Numbered from the stretch's first letter, positions 8,796 through 19,369 are shown. The stretch is 64,000 nt of DNA from Sphingobacteriaceae bacterium (GCA_041743935.1 JBGTLU010000061.1:23247-87246); one strand, 5' to 3'. Program-made: numbers and translations. Notes: generated by a model from the sequence alone, not told the origin.

Positions 8796-11141
8796 ATGTG
8801 GGACTACATTTCGAGATTTATACTGAACAACCGTATTTTATTACTTATTACCATTCTTGCTATAAGTGCATTTATGGCTTATCAGGGATCAAAAATTCAG
8901 TTATCCTTTGCAGGAAGTAAAGTTTTACCAGTTACAGATTCTTCTTATTTGGCTTATGAGGATTTCAAAAAGAAATACGGAGAAGATGGTAGTATCCTGG
9001 TTGTAGGATTCAATTCCGAAAAAATATTCGAACGCCAAACCTTTAACGATTGGTATAATCTTACAAATGAGCTAAAAAAATTAGATGGTATAAAAGATGT
9101 TTTATCCCTAGGAAGTATTTATGAATTAACAAAAGATACCACAGCCAAAAGATTTGCACTTTCTCCATTATTAAAAGACACTGTAAAAACAGATGCCGAA
9201 ATGGACTCGGTTAAAGCTGCCATTTTGGGTTTGCAGTTTTATGATGGTCTACTTTTCAACTCTAATTCTGGAGCGGTATTAATGGCTATTTCTTTTGATT
9301 CTCAAGTATTGAATTCCAAAAAAAGGGTTCCGTTAATTAATCAAATTGAAGAAGCAACCGAACGATTTGCGGAGAAAAACAATATTGAACTAAATTATTC
9401 TGGTTTACCTTGGATGAGAACCAAATTCTCAGACAAAGTAGCTGGTGAGTTTATCCTTTTTTTAGGCTTATCCTTGTTAACTACGGCCATTGTATTACTA
9501 TTGTTTTTTCGTTCCTTTTATGCAGTTGTTTTCCCGGTTTTAGTAGTATCTCTTGGAGTAATATGGGCATTAGGAGTAATCGTAATGCTTGGCTATCAAA
9601 TTACATTACTCATTGGATTAGTACCCCCATTGATTGTAGTTATTGGTATACCAAATTGTGTTTTACTACTAAATAAATACCATAAAGAATTTACCCGAAC
9701 AGGCGATAAAATGTTGTCGTTGAGAATTACCATTCAAAAAATTGGGGTAACTGCTTTATTGGCCAATGTATCTGCTGCTATTGGGTTTGGAGTATTTTTC
9801 TTTACCAATAGCGAAGTTTTAGAACAATTTGGATTGGTGGCCGCCATTAATATCATGAGTACTTATATTATTTCATTAATATGTATTCCAATTATCTTCA
9901 GTTTTTTACCCCCACCAACTAAACGCCATACCAAACATTTAGATAATAAGTTTTTGGTTGTTTTCTTAAATAAGATTGATTTTTTAGTACATAATTACCG
10001 GACCAGAATTTACATAGCCACTGCTATTTTGGTTTGTATTTCGCTTTTTGGTATTAGCAAAATGAAAGTGAATGCTTACGTAGTAGATGATTTACCCAAA
10101 AACGACCCCATATTAACCAACCTGCAGTTTTTTGAGCAAAATTTTGATGGAATTCTACCTTTTGAAGTAGTAGTAGATACCCGTAGAAAAAACGGAGTTA
10201 TCAATTTGCCAACCATCCGTAAGGTAGAAGAATTGCAAGATTTAATAAAATCGTATCCTGAGTTTAGCCGACCAATATCTTTGAATGAGGTGCTAAAATT
10301 TTCTACCCAAGCATTTTATAATGGCGAACCTAGTTTTTATACCATTCCGAGCACCATGGAATTAGGCTTTATCATGCAATATGCAGGGCAATCGCAAGGA
10401 TCTGATAATTTATTAAAAGGTTTTTTAGACAGCACACGCAAAGAAACCAGAATAAGTTTTCAGATGAAAGATGTTGGCTCGTTTGAAATGAATAAAATCA
10501 TGGATGATTTGCGAGTAAAAGCCGATTCCATTTTCCCGCCAGATCGTTTTGATGTTAAGTTTACTGGTTCCAGTTTATTGTTTATTACCGGAACAGAATA
10601 TTTAATTACCCACTTACAAATTGCATTAATATTAGCAATCACCTTAATTTCTTTAATTATCTACATACTGTTCCGTTCTTTCCGAATGAACGGAATTGCG
10701 CTTTTGCCTAACATTGTATCTTTATTATTTACCGCCGGAATCATGGGATATTTTGGTATAAGTTTAAAACCATCTACCATCATGATTTTTAGTGTGGCCC
10801 TAGGTTTAGCAAACGACCAAACCATCTATTTTCTAATAAAATATAGGCAAGAATTAGCAAATTCTAATTGGAGCGTTTCAAAAGTTGTATCTCTAGCTAT
10901 AGGAGAAACTGGAGTAAGCATGATTTATGCCGCAAGCATCCTCTTCTTCGGATTTGGCATTTTTACTCTTTCTACCTTTGGCGGAACCGTGTCTTTAGGA
11001 TTTTTAATGGCCATCACCTTGTTGGTTGCCTTATTATCAAACTTATTATTATTGCCTGCATTGTTATTAACATTAGACAAGAGAAATAGTCGTAAAAAAG
11101 CAACCAAGCCTTTGGTAGATATAGATAACGATTTAGAGTAG
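8796..11141 (+). CDS. RND/MMPL-superfamily exporter (two 6-TM halves)
   Basis: 781 aa with two hydrophobic SSD-like blocks (around aa 215-375 and 610-760), each preceded by a large soluble loop. This architecture is typical of predicted RND-superfamily exporters. Confidence 0.7.
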   Translation: MWDYISRFILNNRILLLITILAISAFMAYQGSKIQLSFAGSKVLPVTDSSYLAYEDFKKKYGEDGSILVVGFNSEKIFERQTFNDWYNLTNELKKLDGIKDVLSLGSIYELTKDTTAKRFALSPLLKDTVKTDAEMDSVKAAILGLQFYDGLLFNSNSGAVLMAISFDSQVLNSKKRVPLINQIEEATERFAEKNNIELNYSGLPWMRTKFSDKVAGEFILFLGLSLLTTAIVLLLFFRSFYAVVFPVLVVSLGVIWALGVIVMLGYQITLLIGLVPPLIVVIGIPNCVLLLNKYHKEFTRTGDKMLSLRITIQKIGVTALLANVSAAIGFGVFFFTNSEVLEQFGLVAAINIMSTYIISLICIPIIFSFLPPPTKRHTKHLDNKFLVVFLNKIDFLVHNYRTRIYIATAILVCISLFGISKMKVNAYVVDDLPKNDPILTNLQFFEQNFDGILPFEVVVDTRRKNGVINLPTIRKVEELQDLIKSYPEFSRPISLNEVLKFSTQAFYNGEPSFYTIPSTMELGFIMQYAGQSQGSDNLLKGFLDSTRKETRISFQMKDVGSFEMNKIMDDLRVKADSIFPPDRFDVKFTGSSLLFITGTEYLITHLQIALILAITLISLIIYILFRSFRMNGIALLPNIVSLLFTAGIMGYFGISLKPSTIMIFSVALGLANDQTIYFLIKYRQELANSNWSVSKVVSLAIGETGVSMIYAASILFFGFGIFTLSTFGGTVSLGFLMAITLLVALLSNLLLLPALLLTLDKRNSRKKATKPLVDIDNDLE

Positions 11142-11142
11142 A

Positions 11143-11475
11143 TTACACTAAAACTTTGTGACCTTCGAGCAACGAAATTACTTTGTCTTGTAATTCAATA
11201 ATTTGTGCTTCGCGTTCCGCAAGTTTGTCTTTAAGTAAGTGAATTTCATCGTAATGCTTGCGTTGTTCTTCCTGATTGTGGTACGTAATTAATTCTACCG
11301 GGCTTAAACCAAACAAAGTAGAAATTTGTTCTAGCCTTGAATAATTTATGTCTGTAAATCCACATTCAATTTTAGAAAATGCTGGAGCAGTTATACCTAA
11401 TTTATTGGCAATTTCTTCCTGACTCCAATTATGCGCTTGGCGCAAGGATTTGATGTTTTTTCCGAGAGTGTTCAT
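11143..11475 (-). CDS. XRE-family helix-turn-helix transcriptional regulator with C-terminal coiled coil
   Basis: 110 aa. The HTH segment is LRQAHNWSQEEIANKLGITAPAFSKIECG, and a heptad-like tail follows (LKDKLAEREAQIIELQDKVISLLE). Confidence 0.8.
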   Translation of the reverse strand: MNTLGKNIKSLRQAHNWSQEEIANKLGITAPAFSKIECGFTDINYSRLEQISTLFGLSPVELITYHNQEEQRKHYDEIHLLKDKLAEREAQIIELQDKVISLLEGHKVLV

Positions 11476-11661
11476 TAGTTGAGAGCGTTTTTGTTATTAC
11501 AAATTTATAATTACAGTTATATAAAACAAGAGTAAAGTTATTTTTAGTAAAAAAAATTAACCAATCATTTAAGTATTACCAGATTTTCAATTGCATTTAT
11601 GTGTGTGCAGAAGCATATAAAATAGTAATTTCGCAGATTAATTTTTTTTGGAGCAGTTACA

Positions 11662-14600
11662 TTGAAGAAGTACAAAGAATACAAGCAGTTAAACCTACCG
11701 GAAATAGGGGAAGAAATTCTGAAATTTTGGAAACAAGAGAAAACTTTCGAGCAAAGTATCCTTTCACGTCCGGTATCTAAACCTTTTAATTTTTATGAAG
11801 GCCCTCCATCTGCAAATGGTATGCCCGGCATTCATCATGTCATGTCTAGGGCAATTAAAGATATTTTTTGTCGATATAAAACCCTTCAAGGATACCGAGT
11901 AGAACGCAAAGCCGGTTGGGATACCCACGGCTTACCCATTGAACTTGCAGTAGAAAAATCATTAGGCATAACAAAAGAAGACATTGGTATTAAAATATCG
12001 GTAGATGAGTACAATGCGTCTTGCCGCAAAGAGGTAATGAAATACACCGATGTATGGAATAATCTCACAGAGAAAATGGGGTATTGGGTAGATATGGAAA
12101 ATCCATACATTACCTATGAAAATAACTACATAGAAACATTATGGTATTTATTAAAAAAACTCTACGATAAACAATTATTATACAAAGGATATACCGTACA
12201 GCCCTATTCACCGGCTGCCGGAACCGGACTTAGCTCTCACGAACTTAACCAACCTGGTACTTACAGAAACATAAAAGATACCAGCATCGTTGCTCAGTTT
12301 CATCTAAAGAAAGATCAAAATCACCCTTTAATTAATACTTTATTTGCTAATAAAGAAGAAGATACCGCCATTCTAGCTTGGACTACCACACCTTGGACTT
12401 TGCCCTCTAATTGTGCCTTGGCTGTTGGAATAAAAATCAAGTATGTAAAAATTAAAACCTTTAACCCTTACACTTTTGCACCAATAAACGTGGTATTGGC
12501 TAAAGATTTAATTGGTGTTTACTTCAAGGAAGAAGCAAAAGATTTATCGTTTGCAGATTACACATTTAGCGATAAATTAATCCCATGGAAGATAGAAGCC
12601 GAATTTACCGGAAAAGAATTACTGGGTTTGCGTTACCATCAGTTAATGCCCTTTGTAAGCAATGCCGAATTAGAACAAAATGCATTTAGGGTTATACCGG
12701 CAGATTTTGTAACCACCGAAGACGGAACCGGCATTGTGCATACAGCTTCTGTTTTTGGTGCCGATGACTTTAGAGTTTGTAAAGAAAATAATGTTCCATC
12801 AGTGATGGTAAAAGATGAGCGTGGAAACGAGTCACCGTTGGTAGATAAACAAGGGAAATTTGTAAAAGAAGTTACTGATTTTGCTGGCAAATACGTTAGA
12901 GAAGAATATTATTCTGATGATGTACGAAAAAATCCAGATTTCCGCCCAACCGATGTGCTCATAGCCATCCAACTAAAAGAACAAAACAAAGCTTTTAAAG
13001 TAGAAAAATACGAACACAGCTACCCACATTGCTGGAGAACAGATAAGCCCATTTTATATTATCCTTTAGACTCTTGGTTTATTAAAACCACGGCATATAA
13101 AGATAAAATGGTTGCTCTCAATAAAACCATTAATTGGAAACCAGAAAGTACCGGAACCGGAAGATTTGGTAACTGGTTAGAAAATTTAGTGGATTGGAAT
13201 TTGTCTCGCTCACGTTTTTGGGGAACCCCACTTCCAATCTGGAGAACCGAAGATGGAACCGAAGAAAAATGCATAGGAAGTGTAGAAGAACTAACAGAGG
13301 AATTTGAAAAAGCAAAAAAATTCAACATTCAAAATTCTTCATTCAACATCCAATCTTTAGACCTTCATCGCCCATATGTTGACGATATAATATTAGTTGC
13401 AGAAAACGGGAAACCCATGTTCCGCGAGCCAGATTTAATTGACGTTTGGTTCGATTCTGGAGCTATGCCTTATGCTCAATGGCACTATCCGTTTGAAAAT
13501 AAAGAAAAATTTGATGCTGCTTACCCAGCTGATTTTATTGCCGAAGGAGTAGACCAAACTCGTGGCTGGTTTTTCACTCTACATGCCATAGCTGTTATGT
13601 TATTTGATTCTGTGGCATATAAAAATGTGGTTTCTAACGGATTGGTGTTAGATAAAAACGGCAACAAAATGTCAAAACGTTTGGGCAATGCTGCAGACCC
13701 CTTTACCACTATCCAACAATACGGAGCCGATGCTACCAGATGGTACATGATATCTAATGCTGCACCTTGGGAAAATTTAAAGTTTAATGCCGATGGAATT
13801 GTAGAAGTACAGCGCAAATTCTTTGGCACTCTGTACAACACGTATTCGTTTTTTGCTTTGTATGCAAACATTGATGGTTTTGAGATGGATGAGCAAAATG
13901 TAATTCCAGTAAAAGACAGACCTGAACTAGATCGTTGGATTTTATCTGCTTTACAAAAATTAATCCTTGAAGTAGAAGAAAATTACGAAAACTACGACCC
14001 AACAAAGGCGGCACGTGCCATACAAGATTTTACAAATGATCATTTATCTAATTGGTATGTAAGGTTATCTCGTCGGCGTTTTTGGCGAGGAGAGATGAAC
14101 GAGGATAAGCGCTCTGCCTACGAAACTTTATTTGAGTGTTTAATGGTTATTTCTCAATTGATGAGCCCTGTTGCTCCATTTTTTGCCGATTGGTTATACA
14201 AAAATTTAAGCGACGGAATCCGTCAAAAAGCAATAAAAAATAACACCCCTTTAGCTGCTTCATCGGTTCATTTAAGTAGTTGGACAAAAGCAGAAAGAGA
14301 CAGAGTAGATGAAGATTTGTTAGAAAGCATGAGTTTGGCGCAAGATATTTCTTCGTTAATCTTATCCTTACGAAAAAAAGTAGGTATAAACGTAAGGCAA
14401 CCTTTGCAAAAAGCTATGATACCGGTCTTAAACAAATCATTTAGCAAAAAAGTAGAACGGATAACGGAACTTATTTTGACCGAAACTAACATAAAATCCA
14501 TTGAATTTATTCAGGATACATCCGGATTATTGACCAAGAAAATCAAACCAAATTTTAAAACATTAGGTAAAAAAGCTGGGCCATTAATGAAAGAAATAAG

Positions 14601-15054
14601 CAGTGCTATTTCTACCATGAACCAACCAGACATTGCTGAATTAGAAGAAACCGGAAAATATAATCTTACCCTATTAAACACAAACTGGAATTTAAGCGTT
14701 GATGAGGTAGAAATACTTTCAGAAGATATCCCCGGATGGCAGGTTGCAAGCATAGGAAAATTAACTGTAGCACTAGATACTACCATAACCACTGAATTGA
14801 AAAACGAAGGAATTGCCAGGGAATTGATCAATCGAATCCAAAATTTAAGAAAAGAAAAAAGGTATGAAGTTACCGATACGATTACAGTTAAACTCGAAAA
14901 TGATTCATTAGTTAGCGAAGCAGTTAAAAATAATTTAGCCTATATTTGCGCCGAAATTTTAGGTACTAAATTTCAATTAACAGATGCCCAAGATTTGAAC
15001 GGTGATATCATCGAAATAGAAAACAAAGCATTAAAAATCGAATTAAATAAATAA
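11662..15054 (+). CDS. ileS: isoleucine--tRNA ligase (type 2, long form)
   Basis: 1130 aa with a HIGH-type motif PGIHHVMSR, a KMSKR (KMSKS) motif, a WTTTPWTLPSN editing-domain motif and DQTRGWF. The start is TTG at 11662; no in-frame ATG is nearby. Confidence 0.95.
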   Translation: MKKYKEYKQLNLPEIGEEILKFWKQEKTFEQSILSRPVSKPFNFYEGPPSANGMPGIHHVMSRAIKDIFCRYKTLQGYRVERKAGWDTHGLPIELAVEKSLGITKEDIGIKISVDEYNASCRKEVMKYTDVWNNLTEKMGYWVDMENPYITYENNYIETLWYLLKKLYDKQLLYKGYTVQPYSPAAGTGLSSHELNQPGTYRNIKDTSIVAQFHLKKDQNHPLINTLFANKEEDTAILAWTTTPWTLPSNCALAVGIKIKYVKIKTFNPYTFAPINVVLAKDLIGVYFKEEAKDLSFADYTFSDKLIPWKIEAEFTGKELLGLRYHQLMPFVSNAELEQNAFRVIPADFVTTEDGTGIVHTASVFGADDFRVCKENNVPSVMVKDERGNESPLVDKQGKFVKEVTDFAGKYVREEYYSDDVRKNPDFRPTDVLIAIQLKEQNKAFKVEKYEHSYPHCWRTDKPILYYPLDSWFIKTTAYKDKMVALNKTINWKPESTGTGRFGNWLENLVDWNLSRSRFWGTPLPIWRTEDGTEEKCIGSVEELTEEFEKAKKFNIQNSSFNIQSLDLHRPYVDDIILVAENGKPMFREPDLIDVWFDSGAMPYAQWHYPFENKEKFDAAYPADFIAEGVDQTRGWFFTLHAIAVMLFDSVAYKNVVSNGLVLDKNGNKMSKRLGNAADPFTTIQQYGADATRWYMISNAAPWENLKFNADGIVEVQRKFFGTLYNTYSFFALYANIDGFEMDEQNVIPVKDRPELDRWILSALQKLILEVEENYENYDPTKAARAIQDFTNDHLSNWYVRLSRRRFWRGEMNEDKRSAYETLFECLMVISQLMSPVAPFFADWLYKNLSDGIRQKAIKNNTPLAASSVHLSSWTKAERDRVDEDLLESMSLAQDISSLILSLRKKVGINVRQPLQKAMIPVLNKSFSKKVERITELILTETNIKSIEFIQDTSGLLTKKIKPNFKTLGKKAGPLMKEISSAISTMNQPDIAELEETGKYNLTLLNTNWNLSVDEVEILSEDIPGWQVASIGKLTVALDTTITTELKNEGIARELINRIQNLRKEKRYEVTDTITVKLENDSLVSEAVKNNLAYICAEILGTKFQLTDAQDLNGDIIEIENKALKIELNK

Positions 15055-15059
15055 AAGAA

Positions 15060-15446
15060 ATGGAAAACCAAGCACAAAAAAACAGCTACTCCGATATAGA
15101 ATTAGTAGAATTTAAAGAATTAATTCAAAGTAAATTAGCAGCAGCTCGCGAAGAACTATCTCGCCTAACTCAAACGTTAAGTAATCCGAATGCAAACGGC
15201 ACCGACGATACAGCAGGTACGTTTAAAGTATTAGAAGATGGTTCTGCAACGCTAGAAAAAGAACACGTAAGCCAAATGGCTTCTCGTCAGAAAAAATTCA
15301 TCGAAAATTTAGAGGCTGCTTTAGTTCGTATTGAAAACAAAACCTACGGCATTTGTCGCGAAACCGGTAAATTAATTCAAAAAGAACGTTTACGCGCAGT
15401 TCCGCATGCCACCTTAAGCATGGAAGCAAAATTAAAACAAGCATAA
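15060..15446 (+). CDS. DksA/TraR-family protein with degenerate zinc finger
   Basis: 128 aa with a coiled-coil N-terminal part. The C-terminal YGICRETGKLIQKERLRAVPHATLSMEA keeps the C-x2-C-x17-C-x2-C spacing but reads C-x2-T-x17-S-x2-A. The gene sits 5 nt after ileS, in the conserved ileS-dksA-lspA arrangement. Confidence 0.8.
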   Translation: MENQAQKNSYSDIELVEFKELIQSKLAAAREELSRLTQTLSNPNANGTDDTAGTFKVLEDGSATLEKEHVSQMASRQKKFIENLEAALVRIENKTYGICRETGKLIQKERLRAVPHATLSMEAKLKQA

Positions 15447-15501
15447 AAGTTTAACTTTTTATTGCAAAAATTAATTTTTAATTACTGCATAGCACCAAAG
15501 C

Positions 15502-16095
15502 ATGAATAAATACGTAAAGTATAGTTTACTAATTCTTGGAATCTTATTAGCCGACCAAATATTAAAGACATGGATTAAAAACAACATGTTTCTTGGTCAG
15601 GAATTTATGATTTTCCCATGGTTTATTATCCATTTTACCGAGAATAATGGCATGGCTTTCGGGCTTGAGTTTGCAGGTAAATATGGTAAGTTATTTTTAA
15701 CTGTATTTAGAATAATTGCAGTAATTGGTATTGGATACGGATTACATTACATCATCAAACATAATTACCACAAAGGATTACAGTTTTGTGTGAGTTTGAT
15801 TTTAGCCGGGGCTGTAGGAAATATTATTGATAGTGTGTTTTACGGAGTCGTATATGATTATGCTCCGCTTTTCCATGGCAGAGTGGTAGATATGTTTTAT
15901 TTGCCAGTCATACAAGGTAGCTATCCATCATGGTTTCCGTTTTGGGCCGGAGATCAATTCATTTTCTTTCGTCCGGTTTTTAACATTGCCGATGCCGCAA
16001 TTAGCATAGGAGTTATTACCATACTGATCTTTCAAAAAAGATATTTTAAGGAAGAAGAGATAACAACTTCTAAAGAAACAATTACTACTGAATAA
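15502..16095 (+). CDS. lspA: lipoprotein signal peptidase (signal peptidase II)
   Basis: 197 aa with 4 TM segments. It has the motifs NNGMAFG, VGNIIDS and FNIADAAI, which contain the catalytic Asp residues. Confidence 0.92.
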   Translation: MNKYVKYSLLILGILLADQILKTWIKNNMFLGQEFMIFPWFIIHFTENNGMAFGLEFAGKYGKLFLTVFRIIAVIGIGYGLHYIIKHNYHKGLQFCVSLILAGAVGNIIDSVFYGVVYDYAPLFHGRVVDMFYLPVIQGSYPSWFPFWAGDQFIFFRPVFNIADAAISIGVITILIFQKRYFKEEEITTSKETITTE

Positions 16096-16147
16096 TTGTA
16101 ACAAATTATTTATATACTGCTTTTCTTAGCTATTTCTCTTAATTTGG

Positions 16148-18316
16148 ATGAGTTTAATCCAAACCATTATGAAGAAATTTTTATTAAGTGTAGTACTTTT
16201 TATTTCCTTATCAATAGTTTATGCTCAAAACGGAACCCAAAAAATTGTAGTTACCGATCTATTAAAAATTAACCAAATTGGCTCTGTAGCTATCTCGCCA
16301 GATGGAACACAAGTATTGTACATTGTAAATAGCACAGTTCCCGATCCAAGTAACAAACTGGAGTATCAGTACAGATCTCACATTTATCTAAAAAACCTAA
16401 AAACCAATACCCCTGCCATTGCATTAACCCGAGGCAATGTAAGTACATCACAACCTGCATGGTCGCCCGATGGTAAAACCATTGCATTTGTTAGAGCAAT
16501 TGGCGGACGTTCACAAATATTTTTGCTGTCCATGAATGGTGGAGAACCTTTACAACTTACCAACGAAACGTACGGGGCATCCGGACCACAATGGTCGCCA
16601 AACGGGAAAAGTATTCTGTTTTCTACCAGTTTTTCTTTAGAAGATTTATTAAAAGATTCGGCCATGGTTGCCAATAAAATGTTGCCTACTTGGAGTTCAG
16701 AAAAGCCAGGGTTTGCAGATAACTCTCATTGGTTATCCTCAAAATCAAAAGCCAATCCGGATGGTAACATAAACGAAATCCGGGCTTACTTAGCTCAAAA
16801 CGAACGTGATAGTAAAGCTAAAGTGGTAAATAAACTTAATTTCCAGACCGAATCGGATGTTCAAACCAGAATAAACATTTCGCATATTTTTATTGTAGAT
16901 GCCCAAGAAGGCGCCAAACCTCGCCAGCTAACTACTGGATTTAATTCAACGGGCGGTGCTGTGTGGTTATCCAATACTAGTATCGTTTACAGTACCGCTT
17001 CAGATGCCAATACTCACCCAGATAGAGTTCAGGAAAATCAGATAATGAGTATGAATATCTCTAACGGAACTACACAGATTTTACTAAAAGAAGCCGGAAA
17101 TAATTATGGTGCCATTACCCCCTCTAGGGATGGTAGAACTATAGCTCTTGTTAACGGAACTCCAGGAGGACTGGCCCCATCAAAACTAGCATTACTTACC
17201 AATGGCCGTAAAACCATAATTGAATACGACAGAAACACTAGCGGGTTAACTTGGTCTAAAGATAATCGTTACCTCTATTTCACTTCTTCGAGTAATGGTG
17301 GAGTGATTTTAAATCGTTTAACGATTGCCAACCGAAGAATTGAACGTTTATCCGATTTTGAGTCGGGAGTTGGAAGTTTTGATGTAAGCAGCTCGGGAAT
17401 TGTGTACGTAAAAACGGAAGTTGCTAACCCATTTGAATTATACTCTGCCAATTTATTGAATAAAAGTAGTCGTAGAATCTCCGAACATAACGTTGGATGG
17501 TTACGTGAGAAAAAGCTTAGTTTCCCTGAAAAAGGAATTTACACCAATTCCAATGGACAAGCCATTGAATATTGGGTGATGAAACCAACTTTCCAGCAAG
17601 CTGGCAAGAAATACCCTTTAATGTTACAAATACATGGCGGACCAACAGCCATGTGGGGTCCCGGTGAAGCAAGCATGTGGCACGAGTTTCAGTTTTTTGC
17701 TTCGCAAGGATTCGGAATTGTGTATTCTAATCCACGTGGTTCCAGTGGTTACGGATTCGACTTTTTAGCAAGTAATTTTCAGGATTGGGGAACCGGTCCG
17801 GCAGAAGATGTGTTAGGAGCAGAAACTGCAGCAGCAAAATTGCCTTGGGTAGATACCGAACGACGAGTAGTTACAGGAGGTTCCTATGCAGGCTATCTTA
17901 CTGCATGGATTGTAGCACATGATAACCGTTTTAAAGCAGCAGCAGCACAACGCGGAGTATATGAACTCACCACGTTCATGGGCGAAGGGAATGCGTGGCG
18001 ATTAGTACCAAATTATTTTGGCGGTTATCCATGGGAAGAAGACGTAAAAAAGGTATTGGATAGAGAATCTCCTTACACTTACGTGCAAAACATAAACACG
18101 CCTTTACTAATTATTCATGGCGAAAACGATTTACGTACTGGTGTGCAACAGAGCGCCATGATGTATAAAAGTTTAAAAATTCTGGAGAAACCTGTAGAGT
18201 ATATCCTACACCCGGGTGCAACACATGAATTAAGCAGGTCAGGAAATATTAGGCAACGATTTGATAGAATGCTCAGGATGTATGAGTTTTTATACAGATA
18301 TGTAGGACAAGAATAG
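16148..18316 (+). CDS. S9 family serine peptidase (prolyl oligopeptidase / acylaminoacyl-peptidase type) with N-terminal PD40 beta-propeller
   Basis: 722 aa with PD40-like repeats (SPDGTQVLY, WSPDGKTIAF, WSPNGKSILF) and the nucleophile motif GGSYAGY. An IHGENDLR region and a late His (GATHEL) are also present. The real start is probably MKKFLL at 16169, which begins the signal peptide. Confidence 0.88.
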   Translation: MSLIQTIMKKFLLSVVLFISLSIVYAQNGTQKIVVTDLLKINQIGSVAISPDGTQVLYIVNSTVPDPSNKLEYQYRSHIYLKNLKTNTPAIALTRGNVSTSQPAWSPDGKTIAFVRAIGGRSQIFLLSMNGGEPLQLTNETYGASGPQWSPNGKSILFSTSFSLEDLLKDSAMVANKMLPTWSSEKPGFADNSHWLSSKSKANPDGNINEIRAYLAQNERDSKAKVVNKLNFQTESDVQTRINISHIFIVDAQEGAKPRQLTTGFNSTGGAVWLSNTSIVYSTASDANTHPDRVQENQIMSMNISNGTTQILLKEAGNNYGAITPSRDGRTIALVNGTPGGLAPSKLALLTNGRKTIIEYDRNTSGLTWSKDNRYLYFTSSSNGGVILNRLTIANRRIERLSDFESGVGSFDVSSSGIVYVKTEVANPFELYSANLLNKSSRRISEHNVGWLREKKLSFPEKGIYTNSNGQAIEYWVMKPTFQQAGKKYPLMLQIHGGPTAMWGPGEASMWHEFQFFASQGFGIVYSNPRGSSGYGFDFLASNFQDWGTGPAEDVLGAETAAAKLPWVDTERRVVTGGSYAGYLTAWIVAHDNRFKAAAAQRGVYELTTFMGEGNAWRLVPNYFGGYPWEEDVKKVLDRESPYTYVQNINTPLLIIHGENDLRTGVQQSAMMYKSLKILEKPVEYILHPGATHELSRSGNIRQRFDRMLRMYEFLYRYVGQE

Positions 18317-18348
18317 TTTATAGTTATTAGTTGATAGTTGCTAGTATT
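18314..18348. repeat. five tandem heptads TAGTTNN beginning at the peptidase stop codon
   Basis: Read directly: TAGTTTA TAGTTAT TAGTTGA TAGTTGC TAGTATT. The 7-nt period places TAG in all three forward frames. Confidence 0.9.
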
Positions 18349-18533
18349 TATTTTTTACAAATGGATAGAATTACACTTTATAGCAAAATCTCATTTTTAA
18401 ATTCTAAAAATCATTGGCAGTATAAGACACGAACTATAAAAAATCGTAATTCATAATTGATACTTAACCGATTGTTTAAAAACATAATAACTGGCATGAT
18501 ATTTAGTTTTACTAAATCCAAAAACTAAACATC

Positions 18534-19229
18534 ATGAAAAAAATCATCTTCCTTGCGCTAGCAATATTTTGTGCCTTACAGGTAAGTGCTCAAAACCCAG
18601 AATTGGTTAAACAAGTTTCTGTAAACGGAGTAGCCGAAATGGAAATCACGCCAGATATTATCTACGTAAACATCACCCTAAAAGAATATTTTAGAGATGT
18701 AGCCAACCGTAGAAAAGTAGAAATAGACGTATTAGAAAAAGAACTACAAACTGCTGTATTAGCTGCTGGTATCCCGTCAGAAAATTTTACAGTTGACAAT
18801 ATATACGGCTACAACTACGATTGGAATAAGAAAAAAGGAGAAGAATTTTTAGGTAGAAAGCGATACAGGATAAAAGTATCTGACCTGAAAAAAATAAATG
18901 AAATCATTAGTAATGTAGATGGAAAAGGCATTGAATCTGTTAATATTGGTGAATTTTCGCATACCAAAATTGAGCAGTATAAAAGTGAATTGATGATTAA
19001 AGCCGTACAAAATGCCAAATTTAAAGCAGAAACTTTGTTAGGAAGTATCGGAGAAAAATTAGACGGCCTAATTCAGTTAAGTGCAAATTCAGGATACTTT
19101 GCTCCACCAATGATTAGATCAAACGAAATGTATTCTACCAAAATGGCTACAGACGAATTTATGCCAGAAATAGAAGTAAGAACCATAAAGTTGAGAGAAG
19201 AAGTACAAGCTACTTTTAAGATAAAATAA
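18534..19229 (+). CDS. SIMPL (DUF541) domain-containing periplasmic protein
   Basis: 231 aa with a signal peptide. The segment VSVNGVAEMEITPDIIYVNITLKE and the overall size and pattern match SIMPL/DUF541 proteins. Confidence 0.7.
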   Translation: MKKIIFLALAIFCALQVSAQNPELVKQVSVNGVAEMEITPDIIYVNITLKEYFRDVANRRKVEIDVLEKELQTAVLAAGIPSENFTVDNIYGYNYDWNKKKGEEFLGRKRYRIKVSDLKKINEIISNVDGKGIESVNIGEFSHTKIEQYKSELMIKAVQNAKFKAETLLGSIGEKLDGLIQLSANSGYFAPPMIRSNEMYSTKMATDEFMPEIEVRTIKLREEVQATFKIK

Positions 19230-19264
19230 AGTATTGCCCATCGGGGATAATTTATATTGCATTT

Positions 19265-19300
19265 AAAATCCTGTTCGCTAAAACGAGCAGGATTTTTTTT
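19265..19300 (+). terminator. rho-independent terminator after the SIMPL gene
   Basis: Stem ATCCTGTTCG (19268-19277) / CGAGCAGGAT (19284-19293) with one G-U pair and a 6-nt loop, followed by T7. Confidence 0.75.
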
Positions 19301-19369
19301 ATCCTTTATTTGGCTACAGCAAATGGGGCAATGAAAATATTTATTAAATTAATGTAGATTTTTATTGTT

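Noticed and set aside
13321-13356. Near-duplicate 15-mers TTCAACATTCAAAAT / TTCAACATCCAATCT, 21 nt apart inside ileS, encoding FNIQNSSFNIQS
   Set aside because: This is an in-frame micro-duplication in a variable surface insertion of a clearly intact essential gene. It disrupts no motif, so it is probably neutral slippage.
19265-19300. Similarity between the terminators at 19265-19300 and 58445-58473 (shared AAATCCTG...CAGGATTTTTTTTAT) as a possible repeated element
   Set aside because: Most of the shared 15-mer is the obligatory T tract. The stems differ internally and the flanks are unrelated. This is consistent with convergent terminator design rather than a REP-like family.
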